Part shown: one piece after another, positions 9,951-19,655 of the stretch
Layout of the letters: each line of letters begins with the position of its first letter
How positions within the stretch are numbered: the first letter of the stretch is position 1
Source of the DNA: Candidatus Heimdallarchaeota archaeon
Lineage (GTDB): Archaea; Asgardarchaeota; Heimdallarchaeia; JABLTI01
Length of the DNA: 64,000 bases
Direction of reading: 5' to 3'
NCBI GenBank assembly: GCA_019056785.1
Contig: DXJV01000100.1
Span: 4,993 to 68,992, forward strand
Notes under the pieces: model-generated
What the model was told of the DNA's origin: nothing
The model's database searches: none
What the model saw: only the letters and a program-made list of their open reading frames with translations
Made by a program: the position numbers and the translations under genes

Positions 9951-10412
9951 TTAGAGCAATTCCAAAACTTTAGTCTGCTTCTTATTATACCAAAACGCAA
10001 GGACCATGATAATTATAAGACTAATCATTTGACAAATGGCATATTGTGCCACGGGGTCCTGCAGACCAAATAATTCTAGACCGTTTGCAATAGCAAAGAC
10101 AACGAAATAAGTTACGAAATATAAGATACTGATAATACTACTTGAGAGAAAAGGTGCTCGATAGTCCTTAAGATCATAAGAGCGCAACCGGATTAGCAAT
10201 GCCTCATACAAAACCATCTCTGCGTTTGTAATAATAAAGACAGCGGCAACGATAATAACAATATATGCTGGGAGATAACCGCTCTTTAACACTTGAATGA
10301 CCATTTGTGCATGATAGATCATCGGTATCTGAGTTAGAATGGCAAAACCAGTTAAAAGGGCTAGAATCCCAAAGGGTTTGCCACGCGTCCATTGAATATT
10401 TAAGCTCGACAT
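9951..10412 (-). CDS. small integral membrane protein
   Basis: Four hydrophobic segments; no recognisable motif. Confidence 0.4.
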   Translation of the reverse strand: MSSLNIQWTRGKPFGILALLTGFAILTQIPMIYHAQMVIQVLKSGYLPAYIVIIVAAVFIITNAEMVLYEALLIRLRSYDLKDYRAPFLSSSIISILYFVTYFVVFAIANGLELFGLQDPVAQYAICQMISLIIIMVLAFWYNKKQTKVLELL

Positions 10413-10564
10413 TATCTAAACCTTCACTCGAGATTCAAATCACTATTCGCTTAACAGTAAAAGCTATTAAAATATTTTGTAATCATCCGCTTTTTCAGAG
10501 AAAAATAACCAGTCAATGAAGAGAAAATACGCTCATTCATTCAGACTAAATAAGAGGATCTGTG

Positions 10565-11185
10565 CTAAGAGAGTTTAATATAACGCTCAAATTCCTCCAC
10601 AGAAGCAGCACGCAATCGTTTACGAATCAAATCTCGAAGAGCAGGAAGATTATCCCCTTTTCGAGCACTGACAGTGATAATTGATGCGTCATGTTCAGGG
10701 GAAAGCGTAGATATATCGATTAGCTCTTTGAAATAAGCGACAGTACAAGCCAACGCCGATTTGTCAATTTTATCGATTTTATTTAAAGCCACAATTGGTA
10801 TAAAATGCAAATCACACAAGAATTGATAGAGCTCCTGGTCAATAGGTATAATTCCTTTTTTTGCAAGGCGCTCTGAAACATCAATAAGACTTTTAGCGTC
10901 AATTACATGGACACAAGCAGGAATTCGAAATTTGTTTTCTTCGAGAAAAACCAGAATCTCATCCTTTATTCTTTCCTCATACGTGGAAGGTCTACCATGG
11001 ATCTTCCCCCAACCTGGGATGTCAACAATACGGAACTTTTTAGCAAGAGGGTATTCAATAATTTTCCGGGTTGAACCAGGCTTCTTCCCAATGACCGGTT
11101 TAGCAGCTGTTAAGCGATGGATAAGAGAACTTTTACCGGCATTTGGTCGGCCAATAAATACCACGTACCATGCAAACTCGTGCAT
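10565..11185 (-). CDS. engB: GTP-binding protein EngB/YsxC-like
   Basis: GRPNAGKSSL (G1), DIPGWG (G3), LNKIDK (G4); ~200 aa. Confidence 0.7.
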   Translation of the reverse strand: MHEFAWYVVFIGRPNAGKSSLIHRLTAAKPVIGKKPGSTRKIIEYPLAKKFRIVDIPGWGKIHGRPSTYEERIKDEILVFLEENKFRIPACVHVIDAKSLIDVSERLAKKGIIPIDQELYQFLCDLHFIPIVALNKIDKIDKSALACTVAYFKELIDISTLSPEHDASIITVSARKGDNLPALRDLIRKRLRAASVEEFERYIKLS

Positions 11186-11230
11186 GAGCTAACTTCATGA
11201 AACCAAGCTTCTTTAGTTTTTTTACGGTTA

Positions 11231-14146
11231 CTAATCACCCCAGAATGGGCGAGTCCGAGAATACTCTTTTTCAGCATTGATAATTTCAGAATAGAACTCA
11301 TAATCCTCTTTGTCATAGCTTTTTTCAAGAACACGGCTAGCGCTTTTAGGACCAATGCCTCTCGCTGAAAGAGCAATAATGGCTTTTTTCCCAGAAGCAA
11401 GAACAAGATCTGCGCTTTTATAGCCCTGTTTGAGGATTTTCTCTTCCTCCGGAGCCAATTGTTGATGACGTAAGTGTTTCTTCAAAACTTTATGAAGCTG
11501 TTCATTGAAAGGAGAAACAGCAGCAAGATAGCGAGCGCCACATTTTGGGCAAGTTGGTTTCTCATCCAAATTACCTATTTTGCTAATAACATTGTAGTTT
11601 CCACACCACATACAAATCAAACGAACTTCTTTCTTATCAAGGCGCCGTTGTACTTTTTCAGCTAACTGTCGATCGGGTTTTTTAGGAATAACAAAGCCAG
11701 TGAACCGTAATTGATTAACAGCTACTTCAGCAAGAGGCGACAAGTCATCAATTTTCTTTTTAGCGATGGTAAGAATCTCAATTTCTTGAGCGTGTATTCG
11801 CTCTAAAACTTTCGTGGTTAAAGGTATATCCATCTTATCATGAATCAATTCATTTAGAGTGGCTTCAGCAACCAAGGTCCCTTCATATGCTCGAGCAATT
11901 TTACGGGGGTGCATCTTTCCGGATTCCCAAGGACCACGAAGTACACCAAAGCGTTTGGCAATATGAACAAACCGCCATTCATACATTGTTGTTTGTGGGA
12001 GTGTTCTCCGCAAGAGCTCTTCGACAAACTCCCCACGAAGCTCACGAATGGCACTTTCAATGTGCTCGGGCTGGAGAAAATAAGGATACGTTAAAATGAT
12101 ACGATAAGCATCTGATCGAAAGCCAATAGAACAAGCAAATTTAGCCATAAGAAGTGAGCTTATGAGCTGCCCGAGGGTTTGATTGACTTTATTGCCAAAA
12201 TCAGCATGAATGACTGCCATATTTGACCCCAAAGTTTCAATAATCATTGTGCTATCAGTTGGCATTGGCATGTCTGTCGAGAAATGCTTAAAGAGGAAGG
12301 AAACAACAACGGCTTTAGCATCTTCCTCAATAGGATAAGAATCTAAAGCTTTAATCGCCGCAAGGTAATTATCATCTTCAATAAAAAACTGTTGAACGGC
12401 TTTTCGGATTTTCCCGACTTCTTGCGATACTGAAAAAGGAACAGGGATCATTTCGCCGTCCCAAACAGGAAGAGCACCAATAGGATTGTGAACCGGGGCA
12501 ACTTCCACACGGTCCTCATGTATAGCAAGGATTTTCCAAGGAACACCTTTTACAATAAAAACTGTTCCAACCTGCCCTTGAATTTCCACAAATTCCTCAT
12601 CTAGGGTGCCAACATTTCGGTTTGTGGCAACATCATAAATGCGATACTTCTTAACGTCTCGAATGGGGCTAAGATTACCAAAATAATAATGAAGAGTGTT
12701 TCTCCGCCGAGTAATTATCTCTCCTTCCAGCCAAATTGTTCCTAACTCTTTCATTAATTGGAGAAGAGTAACAAGCTCTTCGCGGGTAAGGCCTTTATAG
12801 GGGTAGGAACGTTTGACGAGTTTTAATAATTCATTGATAGAGACCGGACTAGTCTCCATAAGAATGCCGGCAATTTGATGCGAAAGTACTTCCCAGGGTT
12901 TAATGTGAGGTTTGGGGACCTCGAGTTCCTTGTTAAGGGCTTTTCTACCAATGACAGCAGACTCGAGTATATCTTCTGCATCAATGGTAATTAAAATCCC
13001 ATGGCTTGTTCTTCCAATTTTGTGCCCACTACGACCAACACGCTGAACAAGTGGTGCAATGTCTCTACTAGACATCATTTGAATAACAGTATCTACTGAA
13101 CCAATATCTATACCAAGTTCAAGACTCGAGGTACAAATTATGGCTTTTAATTGCCCGTTTTTAAAACGATTCTCAGCTTCTTTCCGAATTTCTTTTGAAA
13201 GAGATCCATGATGCACGCCGTAAGGGAAATCTGTGCCGATTAGACGCATTCGATTGCCCAAAATTTCAGCGAATTGTCGAGTATTTGTGAAAACAAGGGT
13301 GTGTTCATGTTTCCTAATAATGTCAATAACTTTACATGCGCGAGCCGTTGCCTCCGGACTCGAGTAAATTCTCTCGGCCAGAGAATGATCCTCTTCTGAA
13401 GGTTTTGGATAAAGAATGTTCAATGAAATAGCTTTTTTGGTAGGTTCTTCAATAATGGTGCATTTTCGATGAGGACCAACTAATAACTTCGCTACTAAGG
13501 CTGGATTGCCGATTGTGGCTGAAAGCCCGATTCTTTGAAAGCTGTCTGGACAGAACCGTTCAAGACGTTCTAAAGCCAAAAAGAGTTGGGTGCCACGTTT
13601 TGAATCAACAAGCTCGTGGATTTCATCAATGATTACCCATGAAACATTACGTAAGTGCTGCCCCAAGCGTTTGGCGGTTAAAATAATACCAAGCGTTTCC
13701 GGCGTGGTTATTAACATATGAGGTGGGTCTAATGTTTGTTTGCGTCGTTCATGCTGTGTTGTATCAGAATGGCGAATACTTGTACGAATACCCAGTTGAT
13801 TGCCGATCTCAATGACTCGTTTGAAAATATCGCGGTTCAAAGCACGAAGAGGAGTAATATAGAGGATATTTATCCCAGGCTTTTTAACGCCCTTTTCCCA
13901 TTGCGCAAGTAATCGATTAAAAACAGGGAGAACCGCCGCTTCTGTTTTGCCAGAACCCGTGGCACTAATGATCAAGGCATGCTCATGCTTTTCTATAACA
14001 GGGAAAGCCAATTGCTGAATAGGCGTGAAGGCTTCAAAACCAAGAGTGTCAATAACCTTTTGTAAGTTAGGACAAAAACTGCGATGGTTGAGCATGCAAA
14101 AAACTCCAATAAGTACTTGTGATAAGTTAGCTTTTTTAAATTCCAA
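11231..14146 (-). CDS. lhr: Lhr-family ATP-dependent DEAD/DEAH-box helicase
   Basis: ATGSGKTEA (motif I), DEIHEL (motif II), SSLELGID and VQRVGRSGH; long DEAD-associated C-terminal region with CMWCG...CPKCG zinc ribbon. The start may be the internal MLNHR. Confidence 0.85.
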   Translation of the reverse strand: MEFKKANLSQVLIGVFCMLNHRSFCPNLQKVIDTLGFEAFTPIQQLAFPVIEKHEHALIISATGSGKTEAAVLPVFNRLLAQWEKGVKKPGINILYITPLRALNRDIFKRVIEIGNQLGIRTSIRHSDTTQHERRKQTLDPPHMLITTPETLGIILTAKRLGQHLRNVSWVIIDEIHELVDSKRGTQLFLALERLERFCPDSFQRIGLSATIGNPALVAKLLVGPHRKCTIIEEPTKKAISLNILYPKPSEEDHSLAERIYSSPEATARACKVIDIIRKHEHTLVFTNTRQFAEILGNRMRLIGTDFPYGVHHGSLSKEIRKEAENRFKNGQLKAIICTSSLELGIDIGSVDTVIQMMSSRDIAPLVQRVGRSGHKIGRTSHGILITIDAEDILESAVIGRKALNKELEVPKPHIKPWEVLSHQIAGILMETSPVSINELLKLVKRSYPYKGLTREELVTLLQLMKELGTIWLEGEIITRRRNTLHYYFGNLSPIRDVKKYRIYDVATNRNVGTLDEEFVEIQGQVGTVFIVKGVPWKILAIHEDRVEVAPVHNPIGALPVWDGEMIPVPFSVSQEVGKIRKAVQQFFIEDDNYLAAIKALDSYPIEEDAKAVVVSFLFKHFSTDMPMPTDSTMIIETLGSNMAVIHADFGNKVNQTLGQLISSLLMAKFACSIGFRSDAYRIILTYPYFLQPEHIESAIRELRGEFVEELLRRTLPQTTMYEWRFVHIAKRFGVLRGPWESGKMHPRKIARAYEGTLVAEATLNELIHDKMDIPLTTKVLERIHAQEIEILTIAKKKIDDLSPLAEVAVNQLRFTGFVIPKKPDRQLAEKVQRRLDKKEVRLICMWCGNYNVISKIGNLDEKPTCPKCGARYLAAVSPFNEQLHKVLKKHLRHQQLAPEEEKILKQGYKSADLVLASGKKAIIALSARGIGPKSASRVLEKSYDKEDYEFYSEIINAEKEYSRTRPFWGD

Positions 14147-14303
14147 GATAAGTCTAATAAACTCTTACGGTGAGAAAAAAAGTGCGAGAGGTTTACAATA
14201 GAATGGTAAAGGGTAATTTTCAAGGGGCATTAAAGAAATAAGGAAAAGACAAAGAGTTTTTAAACAAAAAAAGAAAACAACAAATCACAAATTTGATGAG
14301 AGA

Positions 14304-14420
14304 ATGAAAACAATGGTCGATACGAATACAATTCTCTATATTATCTATGTTGTTCTTATATTAGGTGGCCTTTTAGCTTTGGGTTATCACTTAGTTTCTG
14401 GCGAAGAAGAGGAAACCTAA
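14304..14420 (+). CDS. possible 38-aa single-pass membrane micro-protein
   Basis: Hand translation gives MKTMVDTNTILYIIYVVLILGGLLALGYHLVSGEEEET in an otherwise empty 460-nt gap. Too short for the ORF track. Confidence 0.25.
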   Translation: MKTMVDTNTILYIIYVVLILGGLLALGYHLVSGEEEET

Positions 14421-14610
14421 AACCTTTCGTAGAAAAACGCTTTTTATTTGTGCACCAGGTAAGAAAGATTTTGTGATTACTAAAGAAACGTACCTTGTTT
14501 TGGAAATTGCTAATTTGCTACAATAGTTTCAGCTATCTCTCCAGCAACGGTTTTTTAGGGCATGACAAAGAAACTAATAAAAGAGTAAAGAGGACATATT
14601 GTGAAAACAA

Positions 14611-15780
14611 ATGGCATTTTACCAGCATGAACCAAAAACGAATCTCATGACAACAACTACAACAAAGCAATTTATCTTCCATGTTGATTTAGATGCCTTT
14701 TTTGCAGCGGTAGAAATACGAGAGAACCCTTCACTGAAAGGAAAACCGGTTATGGTGGGGGGTGAGAAAGAAACAAAGAGGGGTGTTGTCACTACTTGTA
14801 ATTATGAAGCGAGAAAATATGGTGTGCGCTCTGGGATGTCAGCAAAAGAAGCAATAGAGCTTTGCCCGGAGATAATCTGTATCCCTCGAGGAAACTATTC
14901 GCTTTACCGCCAAGTGTCAGATAATATTATGGACATTTTAAACTCCTATACCGAACAATTCAGAAGAGCATCGATTGATGAAGCATATCTCAACTTAACA
15001 GAAGCAGTTGTTAAGAAATGGCATGGCTATCCAATTCCTCTTGCACAGGAGATAAAAAAGGAGATTTATGAAGAGGAACGGATCACCTGTTCCATTGGCA
15101 TTGGACCAAATACAACTATTGCTAAGATTGCCACGAGTAGGAACAAACCGGATGGAATCACTTATGTTACCCCAAAAGCCATACGAAAATTTCTCGCGCC
15201 ATTACCAGTAAAAGCCATTAGTGGCATTGGACCAAAAACGGCAGAGCGATTAAAAAAGAAGCATCAAATTACAACTATAGGTCAAATTATCGCCCTGGGT
15301 ACTGAGTTCGAAATGATCAGAAAATTTGGGCGATTGGGAAGCTTTTTTTATCGTGTCATCTCAGGAAAAGGAAGGACAATCATTGAACCGAAGAGCTCTT
15401 ATGGTGCGAAATCAATCAGTAAAGGGCGAACGTTTTATGGAGAACTATTCGATGGGGAACCTCTAACTGTGGAACAAGTTCTGCCTAAATTAATAACACA
15501 AGTTTATGAACGAACTGTGAAAAAACGGTTCAGATATAAAACAATCACGCTTGATGTGCGCTTTCAAAGGACCTTTCAAAATGTTTCGAGAAGTAAGTCA
15601 TTTTTAACAGCCAATGATGACTTTGAACGGCTCCGAGAAACAACCTTTGAGCTCCTAAACGACATTCAAAAAGATTTTGAGGGAGAAGTGATAAGAAAGG
15701 TTGCTGTAAGGGTTTCGAATCTCCAACACGAAGACCCATTACAGAAACCACTTTCAGAATTCTTTACGAACGCCTCTTAA
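14611..15780 (+). CDS. dinB: Y-family DNA polymerase IV (Dpo4/DinB)
   Basis: FHVDLDAFFAAVE, CNYEARKYGV, SIDEAYL motifs. Confidence 0.9.
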   Translation: MAFYQHEPKTNLMTTTTTKQFIFHVDLDAFFAAVEIRENPSLKGKPVMVGGEKETKRGVVTTCNYEARKYGVRSGMSAKEAIELCPEIICIPRGNYSLYRQVSDNIMDILNSYTEQFRRASIDEAYLNLTEAVVKKWHGYPIPLAQEIKKEIYEEERITCSIGIGPNTTIAKIATSRNKPDGITYVTPKAIRKFLAPLPVKAISGIGPKTAERLKKKHQITTIGQIIALGTEFEMIRKFGRLGSFFYRVISGKGRTIIEPKSSYGAKSISKGRTFYGELFDGEPLTVEQVLPKLITQVYERTVKKRFRYKTITLDVRFQRTFQNVSRSKSFLTANDDFERLRETTFELLNDIQKDFEGEVIRKVAVRVSNLQHEDPLQKPLSEFFTNAS

Positions 15781-17677
15781 AGTTTCGTAAAGAAGGGCGT
15801 CTCCACTTTCTGAAAAGAAGAACGATAAGACCGCCAATTAAGATTGAGATTAGAGGGAGGGGTGTTTCTGGTGTGAGAAAAACAACTTCGGTCTGCAAAG
15901 GCGTTTGATAAAAAGTCCGGAGGAGAAGCATGTTTCGTGCCAGATAAACAGTCGCACTATCAGTTTTATTTGTGAGAGTGAAGGATAAAGTCGTTTTGCT
16001 GCCGTTGATCCAAACGGTTGTGACAAGCTTTTCAAAGGGTGTTATAATTTCTAGTGGGAGAGGAAGTTGATACCAATCCTTCTCGGCATTTGTAACTTTG
16101 ATCGTAATTGTGAGGCCATCTTGGGAGCTTGCAGTTAATGATAATTTAGGTAAGCCTGTTTTAAAGTACCATTGATCAAAAAACCAAGTAAGGTTCTGGT
16201 GAGACACAGAGGAAAAAATTGAGGTGAAGTCCTTGAAAAAGAGGTTACTACCAGCAAATGTTTGATAAATCACTTGAAGACAGGCGAGAAATGTTTCTGT
16301 GCCCAAGTAATTTTCCAACATTTTTAACACGACAAAACCTTTGTCATAAACAGTGTAAAAATATGGCAGGCTGTCACCAAAGGAGGTCCAATATGCCATT
16401 GAAGAGCCGAGTTTGAAATCGCCTTTGTCTAATGAGTATGCCTCATAAACTTTATAGCGGTACGCTGTTTTTTCTTTGGCATCATCTGTCCGATTTTGAG
16501 CCTCTAAGAAATAAATGGAAGTCCAGACAGCAAAAGGTTCATCGATAAAAGGTTCGAGATAACTATTTGTCCCTAAAATGAATGGAAAATACTGATGAGC
16601 AATTTCATGGACAATGACTTCTTCCCAATAGAGAAAATTAGAGCCATTATAATAAGTATTATGAGCGATTAAAACCAGACCAGGATACTCCATCCCACCA
16701 CCACCTGGAAAAGTCACAATGGCAAGGGTTTCCCAAATATATGGACCAAATGCAGAAGAATAAATTTCAAGTGCTTGTCGGCCCATTTCAGTCGCAAGTT
16801 TACCACGATACTCAAGCTCTTCATCGTCAAAATAATAGGACGTAATCGTTGTACCATTCCAGGTAGTGGAAGACTTGGCAAAATCGGGGCTCGCTGCAAA
16901 AGCAAGGTCACGTATCGTTACTTTCTCGTAAATGATCGTTTTTTTCACGCCCACAACTTGAGTTTTAACTGGTAAAGAACACGCCACCTGGAAGGTTTTT
17001 GGTACAGTTAAAATCATTTCATAAGAACTCATATCATAATAGAAAGACTCACCCATAAAGGAATAGGGGCTTCTATCCCAACCATTTTGGTCATAAACTG
17101 CTAAAACCGGGTACCAATTTGTTAAATAATAAGCTTCATAGGGAGAAAGAATATAACCAAACCTGTCCTCCAACTGCGGGATAGTAGTAGTGAAGTCAAT
17201 TGTGATGATAACGCTCTTAAGAGGGAGTAAGGTTGCATTCAAATTTATTTCAAGAATAGTATCAGTAATTTGATGACTACTCGAGTTGAGCTGATCGCCC
17301 TCTACTTGTAAAGTATTAATCACAATATCGCCACCATAAGAAACAAATGCCTTGGGGTGAACATGAAAAACAAGCTGGCTAAGAGGAACATTCTCTGTAT
17401 TAGTATAATTTACAACCAGAACACCCGAAATGGAGGCAGTAGCAACATCTAATTCAACAGTAAAAAAGTAACTATTAATAATTGTAGGAGTCTTTGGTTT
17501 CACTGAGTTTCTTAAGGAGGGGGCTTGTTCTTTCTTGGTTGATGTGGCAGATGAAATAATGGAGATACTTTTCCCATGACTGGATAATTGAACAAACATC
17601 ACGCCCATAAACAGTAAAACAAAGAAAAATCCAATAATTTGTCTTTCTGATTTTTTCTGCATTTCTCTAAAACACAC
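15764..17677 (-). CDS. M1-family zinc metallopeptidase, membrane/cell-surface anchored
   Basis: GGGMEYPG (GxMEN-type exopeptidase motif), HEIAHQY...E zinc site, N-terminal signal/TM, C-terminal TM plus basic tail. Confidence 0.8.
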   Translation of the reverse strand: MCFREMQKKSERQIIGFFFVLLFMGVMFVQLSSHGKSISIISSATSTKKEQAPSLRNSVKPKTPTIINSYFFTVELDVATASISGVLVVNYTNTENVPLSQLVFHVHPKAFVSYGGDIVINTLQVEGDQLNSSSHQITDTILEINLNATLLPLKSVIITIDFTTTIPQLEDRFGYILSPYEAYYLTNWYPVLAVYDQNGWDRSPYSFMGESFYYDMSSYEMILTVPKTFQVACSLPVKTQVVGVKKTIIYEKVTIRDLAFAASPDFAKSSTTWNGTTITSYYFDDEELEYRGKLATEMGRQALEIYSSAFGPYIWETLAIVTFPGGGGMEYPGLVLIAHNTYYNGSNFLYWEEVIVHEIAHQYFPFILGTNSYLEPFIDEPFAVWTSIYFLEAQNRTDDAKEKTAYRYKVYEAYSLDKGDFKLGSSMAYWTSFGDSLPYFYTVYDKGFVVLKMLENYLGTETFLACLQVIYQTFAGSNLFFKDFTSIFSSVSHQNLTWFFDQWYFKTGLPKLSLTASSQDGLTITIKVTNAEKDWYQLPLPLEIITPFEKLVTTVWINGSKTTLSFTLTNKTDSATVYLARNMLLLRTFYQTPLQTEVVFLTPETPLPLISILIGGLIVLLFRKWRRPSLRNFKRRS

Positions 17678-17693
17678 TCACTCTATTTTTTTG

Positions 17694-18221
17694 TCAAATG
17701 GTTTCTTTTCCTTTAGCAATGCCATAACGCACTTTGACGGCAACGCCTTTCTGAAAAGCAAGCATGTACGAAGCTGAAAGTTTTGCTCGTCCGACAGCTA
17801 AAAGCTCGTCTTCTTCAGAAACAACGATAACCTCATCTTCTGGCAAAATTTCAGGGTCAACTGAAACAACGTGTTTTGCAAAGACATTACGACCAGCAGC
17901 AATGAATTCAGCAACATCGGATTGGATTATTACTCGCCGTTTTGGGCTCGAGACAAAAACAAGTACACGCTTTGCCCCCTCTAATCCAAGGGAGAAGAGC
18001 CCATCCTGTGCACGTAATGTAGCTAACCGTTTGCCGTCAAGAAGCACTTCACGAACCTTTTTAGTCGCTCTCGAAAAAGTAACTTGAATGGTATCAGGGG
18101 CCAATGCTTCAGCAAACTCGGGGCCAAATTGATATTGGGCGATAGTTTTTAATTGCCGGAGGGTCCAACCATCGGGTGATTGAGCATTCTTTGTTTTTGA
18201 TGGCACTTGAAATTTCTCCAA
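17694..18221 (-). CDS. PUA domain RNA-binding protein
   Basis: C-terminal NVFAKHVVSVDPEILPEDEVIVVSEEDELLAVGRAKL is a classical PUA signature. Confidence 0.7.
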   Translation of the reverse strand: MEKFQVPSKTKNAQSPDGWTLRQLKTIAQYQFGPEFAEALAPDTIQVTFSRATKKVREVLLDGKRLATLRAQDGLFSLGLEGAKRVLVFVSSPKRRVIIQSDVAEFIAAGRNVFAKHVVSVDPEILPEDEVIVVSEEDELLAVGRAKLSASYMLAFQKGVAVKVRYGIAKGKETI

Positions 18222-18256
18222 AGAGAACTACCATATGCTCCCTTTTTATTTTAACC

Positions 18257-19123
18257 TTATTTCTTGGAAATCCGAACGTCCAACACGATATGCTCTATCC
18301 CAGGGGCATATTTTTTCACTATTCGCCGAGAAAGAATAGTAACAGCAGCCTTTTCCAGCATTGCAGCATTGTGAATACGATTAATAGGCCGTTGTACGGC
18401 AGTAGCTTTGTTAGGAACAGCTTCATGATAATGAATTATTCCCCCATCCCTACAAAGGCGGATCGCCAAGCGTATTTGTTCCTCGCTCGAGAACAAATAA
18501 CCTACAAGAACGCGATCGGCAACATCTCTATATCGTGGAAGGGTTGTGCAATTGTCGCCAAAGACAGGTTCAACAATACTTTCTACTTTATTTAATTGGA
18601 TATTCTCTTGTAAATAGTGAAATGCCAGAGGATTAATTTCTGCTGCAATGAGTTTTTTAGGCGAGTTATTTACCGCTAAGGGGAGAGAGAGATTACCAAC
18701 ACAACTGAACATATCAATGATAATCTCACCGGGCGAAGTTATTTGCACCAGTCGGGTTCGTTCACCATGATTCCCAGGCGAGAACGTTAATTTAGCGGCA
18801 TCAAGTTTGAATAAACAGCCAAGCTCCTTATGTATGGTTTCAGTATTAGGATCGCCCGCGAGTAAGTGGTATTGCGGTTCGCGAATGATGGCTGTTGTAG
18901 GACCGATCTTTCCAAGAACAGAGCGAACAGGTTTAGAAAGGACTTGCAAAAATGCCTTACCGATGATTTCACCATAGGGAATTAATTCTCGAGGCAAAGA
19001 AAAAAGTACAATGTCACCTAAAAACCACCATCTTTTTGGCAAAGACTCGAGTAACTGCTCTGGAATATGAGGGGCTAAAAAGCTTTTTAGTTGAATTATT
19101 GTGGCATTATTCGCTTTCGTCAA
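18257..19123 (-). CDS. SAM-dependent tRNA methyltransferase, Trm5/Taw2 (Met-10+) family
   Basis: IIDMFSCVGNLSLPLA SAM-binding motif and overall Met-10-like layout. Trm5 cannot be distinguished from Taw2 by eye. Confidence 0.65.
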   Translation of the reverse strand: MTKANNATIIQLKSFLAPHIPEQLLESLPKRWWFLGDIVLFSLPRELIPYGEIIGKAFLQVLSKPVRSVLGKIGPTTAIIREPQYHLLAGDPNTETIHKELGCLFKLDAAKLTFSPGNHGERTRLVQITSPGEIIIDMFSCVGNLSLPLAVNNSPKKLIAAEINPLAFHYLQENIQLNKVESIVEPVFGDNCTTLPRYRDVADRVLVGYLFSSEEQIRLAIRLCRDGGIIHYHEAVPNKATAVQRPINRIHNAAMLEKAAVTILSRRIVKKYAPGIEHIVLDVRISKK

Positions 19124-19622
19124 CGTTCTTCCTCAGAAAATCCGCAAGTAATTTGCTCAGAAAGGTAACGCTTTCTTTTACCTTAGGAGTCATTTCTTCA
19201 AGATAACTTAAGGACTGGGGTTCAATGCCGATGAAGAAGGCTTTAAGATGTTTGAGGAAATGGCGAAGATATTTAAGATACATCTTCATGGATGTTTTAT
19301 GCGGGGTGATCATAAACGCGTCATCAATATCTTTCTCTGTAAAGACGCGGATGGTTCCAGGAGATTCACCCATATTTGCGGCGTCGATAATAATTAAATA
19401 ATCCGGGCGTTCTTTTTTTATAACACCGGTGAAGGCTTCAGGAACAGGACCGCTATTTAAGATAACAATGTTCTTCGGGAAAGAATAATTTTGTAACTCG
19501 TCCAGGACAGCCCCCCCAACGTAATCATCGGAACGGTCAAAGTTTCCAATGCCAAGAAGGCAAATTTTTTTCTCAAGGTTGATTTTCTTCAACTTTTTCC
19601 AATTTATAACTTTTTGTGGCAT
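19107..19622 (-). CDS. hydrogenase maturation endopeptidase (HycI/FrhD/HoxM family)
   Basis: LLGIGNFDRSDDYVGG (GxGNxxxxDDGxG-like), IIIDAA, ITPHK. Confidence 0.7.
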   Translation of the reverse strand: MPQKVINWKKLKKINLEKKICLLGIGNFDRSDDYVGGAVLDELQNYSFPKNIVILNSGPVPEAFTGVIKKERPDYLIIIDAANMGESPGTIRVFTEKDIDDAFMITPHKTSMKMYLKYLRHFLKHLKAFFIGIEPQSLSYLEEMTPKVKESVTFLSKLLADFLRKNVDESE

Positions 19623-19655
19623 TTACAACACCTGAAATAAAAGGGGGAATCTAAG

